Origin: a virus
Virus record (IMG/VR): IMGVR_UViG_3300045988_112560
Span: 1 to 39,487 of that record
Reading direction: 5' to 3' (one strand)
DNA length: 39,487 nucleotides
Position 1 is the stretch's first letter; the number at the start of each line of letters is the position of its first letter. A model generated the notes under the pieces. It saw nothing but the letters and a program-made list of their open reading frames with translations, searched no databases and was not told the DNA's origin. The position numbers and the translations under genes are program-made. This document shows, piece after piece, positions 13,866 to 20,220 of this stretch.

Positions 13866-14053
13866 TTGAGACGGGAGTAGGTCTAAGCGGCTTTTCTCCG
13901 TAGGGTTCGAGTCCCACCGGAGGCACCTTCGCTAGACTGTGGAAAATAGCCGCTTTGCCTTACGGGAGTAGGGCTGAGCGGCTTTTCTTATTCCCGGCTA
14001 TTCCCGCGTATTCCATTGGTTTCCCGAGATAATGTGGGCAAAATGTGGGCAAA
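13821..14053. other. attP region with a tRNA 3'-end-like core and arm-type repeats
   Basis: The core GGGTTCGAGTCCCACCGGAGGCACC at 13903-13927 looks like a T-loop plus acceptor 3' strand. AATGTGGGCAAAATGTGGGCAAA occurs at 13821-13843 and 14031-14053. A 27-nt repeat occurs at 13871-13897 and 13962-13988. Four tandem 10-bp TATTCCC-type units lie at 13989-14028. Confidence 0.65.
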
Positions 14054-14168
14054 AACTGGGCCCCGCGTCTTGTGGCTGCGGGGTCCTGCATTGTCCTCCG
14101 GGTGTCGGCATGGTGGACGGGTTTGGTCTGGCATTTTCCGACACGCCGGTTACTTTTTGTAACCGAGT

Positions 14169-14178
14169 GTGCTATACT
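14169..14178 (+). promoter_or_regulatory. Extended -10 promoter (TGcTATACT) for the cargo operon
   Basis: TGCTATACT lies at 14170-14178 in an AT-rich patch about 58 nt upstream of the ATG at 14236. Confidence 0.4.
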
Positions 14179-14235
14179 AATAACTGTCAACGGGAAGCAC
14201 AAGGCAAGCCCGGAAAGAGCAGAAAGGCTCCGAAA

Positions 14236-14535
14236 ATGGATATCTACCAGATCAGCAGCTACATCTACAACAACACCGGCAGCGCCATCGACACCGAGGT
14301 GGTCAACGAAATCTGCCCCGACGACACGATCGAGGTCAGCAAGCGCGACAGCAGGCAGTTCCTCGCCATCGGCTTCGACCCCACCGACGACGGCTTCATC
14401 CTCGGCACCCTCTGGTATCGCTACGAGAACGGTGACAAGGAGGCGGTGGAGGAAGGCCTCTGCTGGCATATCGACGGCGAGGAAGACTATGGCACGCTCG
14501 ACGATATCTGCGAATACGCCCGCAAGGAGCTCTGA
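14236..14535 (+). CDS. Small highly acidic protein (99 aa)
   Basis: Internal ATG at 14236 with GAAAGG upstream. By my count it has 24 D/E against 7 K/R. The ORF-track N-terminal extension is Cys/Gly-rich and unlikely to be coding. Confidence 0.6.
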   Translation: MDIYQISSYIYNNTGSAIDTEVVNEICPDDTIEVSKRDSRQFLAIGFDPTDDGFILGTLWYRYENGDKEAVEEGLCWHIDGEEDYGTLDDICEYARKEL

Positions 14536-14685
14536 TACGGGCCTATACTGGTTCCATCGGCATCGATAGCCGTATGTCGCCCATCACGGGCGTGGATTGA
14601 AACATTCTTTTTGACGGCAGTATGCCCGGTCTTATGGCCGGGCCTGCGAAAGCACACCTTTTTTCACGTTTTTTAAGGAGTCATC

Positions 14686-15009
14686 ATGACCGTATTCACC
14701 GATCACAAGCGCACCGTCAACCTCGAGCTGCAGAACTGGGACGGCGACGACTGGTCGCCCGACTGGAGCCGCGATTTCTGGAACGTCGGCGAACTGAAGA
14801 ACCTCAACGACGATTCGGACGTGTTCCCGGAGGACGGCCCCTACGCGGCACTGCTCGAAAAGCATGACCTCAGCGCATCCGAGCCGGTCTACGAGGTCGA
14901 GGACATCGATTACCTCATCGACTACGCCAACGACATGATCAACGGCGAAGGCGATTACGCGGACAACCCCAGCCCGAACACCTCGCTGTTCGCCACCGAA
15001 CTGGACTAG
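14686..15009 (+). CDS. Small highly acidic protein (107 aa)
   Basis: AAGGAG RBS at 14675-14680. By my count it has 27 D/E against 5 K/R, and it is Trp/Asp-rich. Confidence 0.65.
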   Translation: MTVFTDHKRTVNLELQNWDGDDWSPDWSRDFWNVGELKNLNDDSDVFPEDGPYAALLEKHDLSASEPVYEVEDIDYLIDYANDMINGEGDYADNPSPNTSLFATELD

Positions 15010-15013
15010 CGCG

Positions 15014-15838
15014 ATGAGCCGGCGGAAGAAACTGCGGCTCACCCCATCATGGTTGCCGGTCATCCGTGACCATCTGGTAGAGGATGGCCGGCAACGCGCC
15101 GCCTTGGCCAAGACGGGCGGATTGCTGCCGGTGGACGAACTGGTCGATTCCATGTACGGCGAGTTGGATGGTTTGGAGGCGGCGAGCCTGTGGTGGGTCA
15201 ACAGCGACATGTGCAAAGTCGTGGAAGCCCAGTTCAGGTCGGGCGAGCTGCCTGAAACCCCCGAATATCCCACGACCAACGGTTTCGTCGTGTACGAGGA
15301 CGGTGTTTCATGTATCACGAATCTTGGCACGATGCTGGTCAACGCCGTCGCATGGGAGGCAACAGCTGGGCGGATAGGTTTGCGCCTGTACACGTCGGAC
15401 CCGGATACGGTGCGGCGCACGGTTCTTGACAAGCGCCTTCCCATTTGTCCGATGGACGTGGAGGTGGTGCCCACCGCGTTGGGCGTGGTGCTTGACGTGA
15501 CTATGGCGTTGATGCGCGAGCCGCGAGTCAGCGCGGTCAAACCGTGCGTTTGGCGGACGGAACGGGACGGCCCCCGCCCCGTGAGCATGGAACGCCAGTC
15601 CGCGAAAGTGAAGATGATAGTGCTGCGTCCGGGGCCCAGAAGCCAATCTTCGGAATGGGCGCCGCGTTCGAGAAGGCGATGCGAGTACCGGTATTTCGTC
15701 CGTGGGTTCTGGCGCAACCAAGCGTACGGGCCTGCGCATTCCAAACGCAGACGGCAATGGGTTGCTCCGTTCGTGAGAGGCCCGGAAGACGGGCCGTTGG
15801 TCATCAAGGAGGCGGTGAGCGTATGGACGCACCAGTGA
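15014..15838 (+). CDS. Hypothetical protein (274 aa) with an Arg-rich C-terminus
   Basis: ATG 4 nt after the upstream stop. GC3 favours this frame. The C-terminus reads RRRCEYRYFVRGFWRNQAYGPAHSKRRRQWVAPFVRGPEDGPL. I recognise no family. Confidence 0.6.
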   Translation: MSRRKKLRLTPSWLPVIRDHLVEDGRQRAALAKTGGLLPVDELVDSMYGELDGLEAASLWWVNSDMCKVVEAQFRSGELPETPEYPTTNGFVVYEDGVSCITNLGTMLVNAVAWEATAGRIGLRLYTSDPDTVRRTVLDKRLPICPMDVEVVPTALGVVLDVTMALMREPRVSAVKPCVWRTERDGPRPVSMERQSAKVKMIVLRPGPRSQSSEWAPRSRRRCEYRYFVRGFWRNQAYGPAHSKRRRQWVAPFVRGPEDGPLVIKEAVSVWTHQ

Positions 15839-16707
15839 CACGGCTGATAGCCGAGTACTTGGCGAGCGTTCCGGCGAAAAGCCGACCCGCGTATAAGCGG
15901 GTGCTGGGCTTGTGGCTGAAATGGTGTTCCGACAACAGGTTGAACGTGCTGCAGATCCGTCGTTTCCATATCGATGCCTACAGGGTGTGGAGGATAGAGC
16001 GGTTGGGCAAACAGCCGGCCACCGTGGCGAGTGAGCTTGTGCCGATATGCTGCTTTTACGAGTACCTGTGGCAGGAGCAGTATATCGAACGCAATCCGGC
16101 AGAACATGTGAAACGTCCCAAGCTGCGCCGTTGGAGTGACGGCTCGTGGCTTCCACCGGAACAGGCCGCGCCATTCCTTGACCTGGCTGAGGCCGACCAC
16201 AGGGCTTTCGTCGGCGCGGCTTGTTGCCTGCTGTTGCTCAACGGGCTGAGGGCAAGCGAACCGCTGAAACTGGACATATCCGACTACTACCGTGTGGGCG
16301 ATACGCCGGTGGTGCATGTCAACAGGAAGTTCGATTGGATGCAGGAGGTCGGCTTGTCCGAACGCGCCGCCAAGGCGGTGGAACGAGCGATAGGCGAACG
16401 TCGGAAAGGGCCGCTGCTTGTCTGGAGGGGCAAGCGCGTCACCTATCCGCAGCTCGCAAGCGTCGTGGCCGTCTTGGGCGAGAAAGTGGGTTCGGCGCGT
16501 AGAATCACGCCGCACTCGTTGCGCCGGTCGTTCGCCACGGAAGCACGACGCCGCAAAATCCCCGACAGGGAGATCATGGCCTCGGGTGGCTGGAGTACCC
16601 GTGAGATGCTTGACAGGTACGACATGAACAGGCTCGCTGTGGAGAACACCGCCAGCGTCGCCGTGGCAGAATCATTGAAGAAGCAGAAAATGGAGGATGC
16701 ATCATGA
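15823..16707 (+). CDS. Xer/Cre-type tyrosine recombinase (294 aa), the second recombinase of the phage
   Basis: ATG at 15823 with AGGAGG RBS and a 16-nt overlap with the upstream gene. The N-terminus looks like a SAM-like core-binding domain. Catalytic motifs are GLRASE, HSLRRSFAT and GGWSTREMLDRY. Confidence 0.8.
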   Translation: MDAPVTRLIAEYLASVPAKSRPAYKRVLGLWLKWCSDNRLNVLQIRRFHIDAYRVWRIERLGKQPATVASELVPICCFYEYLWQEQYIERNPAEHVKRPKLRRWSDGSWLPPEQAAPFLDLAEADHRAFVGAACCLLLLNGLRASEPLKLDISDYYRVGDTPVVHVNRKFDWMQEVGLSERAAKAVERAIGERRKGPLLVWRGKRVTYPQLASVVAVLGEKVGSARRITPHSLRRSFATEARRRKIPDREIMASGGWSTREMLDRYDMNRLAVENTASVAVAESLKKQKMEDAS

Positions 16708-17060
16708 CGATGACGAGCGCCGAGATGAAATGCCTGCGCGAGAGCATGGGCCTGACCACGAAATGGCTGGCCGCCCGGTGGGACGTCGCCGAGTTCAGCG
16801 TGAAGCGCTGGGAACGTGACCGGTATCTGCCGGACAATCTCGAAACCGACCTGCGCGGGCTCAAACGCCGCTTCGACACGGAAGTGCGGCATACGGCCGC
16901 CGTCACCGCCGAAGCCGGTGAGGAGGCCGCCGTCATCGTGCCGAGAACCGAGCCGGAATCGACCGGCGGTATGCCCGCCGCGTGGCACCGTGCCATCGCC
17001 CAACGCGCACGGGAGCTTTCCGGCGCACGAATCCTGTACACCGATGACGAACAGCTGTAG
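16704..17060 (+). CDS. HTH (XRE-like) DNA-binding protein (118 aa)
   Basis: ATGA overlap with the recombinase stop. Contains MKCLRESMGLTTKWLAARWDVAEFSVKRWERDR. Confidence 0.6.
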   Translation: MTMTSAEMKCLRESMGLTTKWLAARWDVAEFSVKRWERDRYLPDNLETDLRGLKRRFDTEVRHTAAVTAEAGEEAAVIVPRTEPESTGGMPAAWHRAIAQRARELSGARILYTDDEQL

Positions 17061-17079
17061 TCGTTACGTCCAGACATGT

Positions 17080-17111
17080 TTTATAACACATATTCGATTA
17101 TGTGTTATAAA
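17080..17111. repeat. Perfect 13-6-13 inverted repeat (lox/dif-like candidate recombination or operator site)
   Basis: TTTATAACACATA-TTCGAT-TATGTGTTATAAA. The spacer is asymmetric. It sits in an AT-rich island 20 nt after the HTH gene stop. Confidence 0.6.
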
Positions 17112-17237
17112 TCGGTGACTTATCATAACCGATTTCGGGGGCGTATGATAGGAATGACAATGACGGCAATCAGCTTTGTCTTCTGGCTCCCTGGTGAACG
17201 CGACTTGTCTGGCCCGATCTGCTAGGGAATTAGACAA

Positions 17238-17298
17238 TCGGCCCCGTCCGGCTCGCAGGTTGACTCTATTCGAGTCGCCTGCGATGCCGGGCGGGGCC
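17238..17298. terminator. Long GC-rich hairpin between the convergent cargo operon and lysis cassette
   Basis: CGGCCCCGTCCGGCTCGCAGG...CCTGCGATGCCGGGCGGGGCCG. On the minus strand it is followed by ATTGTCTAATT. Confidence 0.55.
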
Positions 17299-17311
17299 GA
17301 ACTATGTGTGG

Positions 17312-17572
17312 TCATGCGGCGAGGTCGATGCGTTGTTTGATGGCGCTGACGCCGATGAGCGCGCCGGCGAGGATGCCGAGCGCGTTGAGCGTGGTCACTA
17401 TCGCGTCCACGTGCGGCCAGCCCCATGCGGGGCCGACCGTGTTGACGAACACGGCGAGTGCTGGCAGGACGATGAGGCCGAGCCATTTGAGGATGTCGTA
17501 GACGCGGCTGGGGATGAGCCAGTCTGGCACGATGTCGGTGGATGCCGGTGTATCGGTTGGATTGTCGGTCAT
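17312..17572 (-). CDS. Holin (phage r1t-type)
   Basis: ATG at 17572 with GGAGC RBS. Contains YDILKWLGLIVLPALAVFVNTVGPAWGWPHVDAIVTTLNALGILAGALIGVS, which matches the r1t-holin pattern as recalled. Confidence 0.75.
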   Translation of the reverse strand: MTDNPTDTPASTDIVPDWLIPSRVYDILKWLGLIVLPALAVFVNTVGPAWGWPHVDAIVTTLNALGILAGALIGVSAIKQRIDLAA

Positions 17573-17641
17573 GTTTGCTCCGATCGTAAAAATAATGGTG
17601 ATGCCGTCACCCGCATAATCGGGTGGCGGCATCGGTTTGGA

Positions 17642-18802
17642 TTAGCGGCAGGTCACCACATCGCCCACGTAGTAGACGTTGATGTTGCCGGATGGTACGG
17701 TGCAGCGGCTGACGCTGTAGCCGTGGGACGTGGCGAAATCCCACACGGTATCACCCCACTGGAGGACCTTGGAGACCCCGGTGGACGGTGCGGGGGTGGC
17801 AGTAGAGCCGCCGCCGTAGGTGACGACGTCGCCCACGTAGTAGCGGTTGATGTCACCGCTTGGCGTGTGCCATGCGGACAGGGGCCATGCGTTGTAGGCT
17901 ACGGCGAGTCCCCAGATGGTCTCGCCCCACTGCATGACGTGGCTGATGCCACCCGTGTTGGTGTCGGCCGGGGGAGTGTTCGGCTGTGCGGGCGCGGCCG
18001 GTGTGGCCGGTGGCGTGGAGCCGCCGGCGGGGTTGGCGTACAGGTCCCACTGCCATGCGTCGCCGCGGAACAGGTTGAGGTCGATGGGACTCCACGTGTT
18101 GACGACACCGGTGCCGCTGTACTGTCGCATGGCCTCGCCGTACGCGCCCAGCATCCACGGATTGGCCTGATAGCCGGTCGGGCTCATGTTCGCGTATTGG
18201 GCGATCCACAAACCGTATCGGTCGCGGATGTCCTGCGGGATGGTGCCGGCGACCGGGCCGGTATACAGCAATGGGCGCACACCGCCCGAAAGCCGTTCGC
18301 ACTCACTCATGAAGCGGCGTACCCAGTCCCAATCGCCCCATGCGGGGTTGTCGTCCATCTCCCAGTCGAGCGCCACGATGCCGTGACGCCAATAGTTCGA
18401 CGTATTCGTGTAGAAGAACTGGGCTTCGGCCTCCGGATTGCCTCCCATGGCGTAATGGTAGAGGCCGAATTTCTTGCCGGATGCCTGCGCTTGGGCGATC
18501 ATGCGGTTGGCGTCCGTGTTGACGCCGGACACGAGGCAGTTGTTGTTGACTTGCCCGGTGCCCCATGTGGTGCCGACGACAACGAAGTCGGCCTGCGTGT
18601 TGGCGATGTCGATGCCGCACTGCCAGTTGGACACGTCGATGCCCTGCATGTCCGCGTGCGCGGTCGCAGGGAGCGTCAGCATGCACATGGCGGCGACGAG
18701 CGCCGTGACTTTGGCGAGCAGCCGCTTATACCATGGTTTCGGCTTGCTTTTGTTTTTGAACTTGCCCAAATTCGTTTTCCTTCCTGTGTGTTGGGTGGGC
18801 AT
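17642..18802 (-). CDS. Secreted endolysin: signal peptide, GH25 muramidase and two LysM-like C-terminal repeats
   Basis: The N-terminus KRLLAKVTALVAAMCMLTLPATAHA-DMQGIDVSNWQ leads into the GH25 signature. Two ~45-aa repeats follow (QWGETIWGLA..VGDVVTY and QWGDTVWDFA..VGDVVTC). Confidence 0.8.
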   Translation of the reverse strand: MPTQHTGRKTNLGKFKNKSKPKPWYKRLLAKVTALVAAMCMLTLPATAHADMQGIDVSNWQCGIDIANTQADFVVVGTTWGTGQVNNNCLVSGVNTDANRMIAQAQASGKKFGLYHYAMGGNPEAEAQFFYTNTSNYWRHGIVALDWEMDDNPAWGDWDWVRRFMSECERLSGGVRPLLYTGPVAGTIPQDIRDRYGLWIAQYANMSPTGYQANPWMLGAYGEAMRQYSGTGVVNTWSPIDLNLFRGDAWQWDLYANPAGGSTPPATPAAPAQPNTPPADTNTGGISHVMQWGETIWGLAVAYNAWPLSAWHTPSGDINRYYVGDVVTYGGGSTATPAPSTGVSKVLQWGDTVWDFATSHGYSVSRCTVPSGNINVYYVGDVVTCR

Positions 18803-18831
18803 GAAATAGCCCCCGTCGGGGTCGGCGGGGG

Positions 18832-19227
18832 CTAAGCCTGTGGTTTTCTCGGGGCTATCGGCGCGTCCTGTATGTCCTGATTGACTTGGGTGCCGTGCCC
18901 GTTGCCACCAAGCGCGTGGTAGGTGGCGTAGACGCCTTCGGCGCGGGTTTTGAGGTCGTTGTCGGCGATACCGCCAGCGTCGACCATCTCACGCTGCATC
19001 TGCTCCAATTTGCACAGGAGCATGGTTTTCACCCCATCCTGCAGTGGGTCGAGACGCTGGTCGAGCTGGGTCAGGCTCGCGTCCACCTGATCGAGCCTTT
19101 TCGACAGGGCCGGGTCCGGTTTGCCCGCCTGGTCGATGCGGCGCAGTACCCATCCGGCGACCGTGCCGCCGCACGTGGTGATCACGGAGACCAGGATCGT
19201 TGCCCATACGGGTATCGTTCCGGTCAT
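18832..19227 (-). CDS. Membrane-anchored coiled-coil protein (131 aa), possible lysis accessory or second holin
   Basis: ATG at 19227 (the ORF-track start is a TTG one codon upstream). The N-terminal TM segment is IPVWATILVSVITTCGGTVAGWVL. Confidence 0.55.
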   Translation of the reverse strand: MTGTIPVWATILVSVITTCGGTVAGWVLRRIDQAGKPDPALSKRLDQVDASLTQLDQRLDPLQDGVKTMLLCKLEQMQREMVDAGGIADNDLKTRAEGVYATYHALGGNGHGTQVNQDIQDAPIAPRKPQA

Positions 19228-19252
19228 CAAGTCATGGCCTTCTTTCCTTTCG

Positions 19253-19720
19253 TCAGTTGATGTTCAGGGGCATGGTCGAGCCGGTGAAGAACGATTCGTC
19301 GCTGCCGGCCTCGGTGCAGATGATTTGATAGAACGCGGTGTCCTTGCCGATCCGGCCTCGGAAGATGAGGCGCACGACACCGTCGGAGGGCACGGTGAAA
19401 ACGATTCGAATGCGTTTATTGTCGGCCCAGCTCTCGGAATGGCCCAATGTGGCGGAGTGGGAGTCCTGGACCTCCATGAGGGGGCCTCGGAACGTGTCCG
19501 TGGCCTCGGCGGCGCCGCAGGACGCGACGAACGCGCACCTCACGCCCGCCGGAAGGCCGGAGACCACCCATTCGGCGTAGCCGCCGATGAGGTCGGACGA
19601 ATGCCGCAGGATGATGCCCGGACTGTCCGGAGAACCCCACTGGTTGACGCTGCAGTCGAGACTCCTCGTGGGTTTCGGATCGCCGAACATGGGGTTCGGG
19701 AACCAGTTATGTCGCATCAT
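19253..19720 (-). CDS. Minor tail/receptor-binding-like protein (155 aa, CBM-like)
   Basis: The N-terminal NWFPNPMFG and C-terminal FFTGSTMPL resemble the N-x-x-P-N-P-x-F...YFDG pattern of actinophage minor tail proteins. Confidence 0.55.
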   Translation of the reverse strand: MMRHNWFPNPMFGDPKPTRSLDCSVNQWGSPDSPGIILRHSSDLIGGYAEWVVSGLPAGVRCAFVASCGAAEATDTFRGPLMEVQDSHSATLGHSESWADNKRIRIVFTVPSDGVVRLIFRGRIGKDTAFYQIICTEAGSDESFFTGSTMPLNIN

Positions 19721-19948
19721 CGGCGCTCACCGCCGATCACTGCAGGGGCATCGAGCCTCCGTCGAACCACGGGGAACCGGGGGAGGAGTTGTTGGACGGT
19801 CGGCCATTCGTCGCCCTCGTACACGGCCAAGGCCTTCCATGGCGGTCACGGTGACGCCCTTCTGGTTGTCGGGGATCATGGAGACCGTGCTGTTGGTGGG
19901 GGTGCCGAGCATCATTCTCGGATACGTGAGGTTGCGCAGATACGTCAT
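19721..19948 (-). pseudogene. Decayed, internally deleted paralogue of the downstream RBP-like gene
   Basis: Frame 1 reads MTYLRNLTYPRMMLGTP...GVTVTAMEG with high GC3. Coding signal then moves to the +1 frame (LAVYEGDEWPTV) and then the +2 frame (SNNSSPGSPWFDGGSMPLQ stop). The last segment resembles FFTGSTMPLN of 19253-19720. Confidence 0.45.
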
Positions 19949-19980
19949 TCCGGCTCCTTTCTGTTTTCGGGTATGAGAAA

Positions 19981-20000
19981 AGCCACCCCGTGGGGTGGCT
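19981..20000 (-). terminator. Intrinsic terminator inside the late operon
   Basis: AGCCACCCC-ACGG-GGTGGCT on the minus strand is followed by TTTCTCAT. It lies between 20023-20217 and the RBP/lysis genes. Confidence 0.5.
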
Positions 20001-20022
20001 TTCGGGAAAATGGTTTGGCTGA

Positions 20023-20217
20023 TTACTTGTTTTCGGCCTGCTTGGCCTCAAGCTCGGCGAGCCTGCGTTGCAGGGTGGCGACGTCGCGTTGCAGGCTCAT
20101 GGCCTGCGCCTGGCTGATGGCCAGCTGGCGCGCCTGGCTGGCGAGCTGCGTGGTCATGTTGTCGAGCACGTCGTTGATGTCCGCCTGCACGGGGTTTTCG
20201 GTTGTGTTGTCTGTCAT
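20023..20217 (-). CDS. Small coiled-coil protein (64 aa)
   Basis: ATG at 20217 with AGGAGA RBS. Confidence 0.6.
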   Translation of the reverse strand: MTDNTTENPVQADINDVLDNMTTQLASQARQLAISQAQAMSLQRDVATLQRRLAELEAKQAENK

Positions 20218-20220
20218 TGG

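Noticed and set aside
13871-13927. Reading the 27-mer repeat plus the core as the 3' two-thirds of a class II tRNA, with a possible CTA anticodon loop.
   Set aside because: The putative anticodon stem and the 5' T-stem do not pair (only 3 of 5 bp), and the 27-mer recurs 91 bp downstream without a T-arm. Only the last ~25 nt are convincingly tRNA-derived.
14632-16515. A 627-aa minus-strand ORF spanning the cargo operon.
   Set aside because: It is antisense to four plus-strand genes that have RBSs and coupled starts. Its product is R/P/G/H-rich and low in complexity. This is a typical shadow ORF in GC-rich DNA.
17145-17225. A 26-codon hydrophobic ORF (MIGMTMTAISFVFWLPGERDLSGPIC) with GGGGG upstream, in the AT-rich gap after the palindrome.
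   Set aside because: It is too short to assess and has no conservation evidence. It lies between convergent terminators, so it is kept only as a note. A type I toxin-like peptide cannot be excluded.
17306-18835. A 509-aa plus-strand ORF over the holin and endolysin genes. Similar long shadows lie at 5476-6951, 7262-8188, 21473-22663, 21525-23267, 26337-27905 and 32764-33870.
   Set aside because: These ORFs are antisense or off-frame relative to genes with clear family motifs (GH25, RecT, YqaJ, fibre, tape measure, capsid). They are Arg/Gly/His/Pro-rich and have no RBS.
14236-20217. A Rin-type shufflon, meaning a tyrosine invertase that flips RBP C-terminal cassettes.
   Set aside because: The second recombinase is separated from the RBP-like gene by the whole lysis cassette. 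I found no inverted repeats bracketing RBP segments, and no promoterless oppositely oriented RBP fragments. The RBP remnant at 19721-19948 is in direct orientation.
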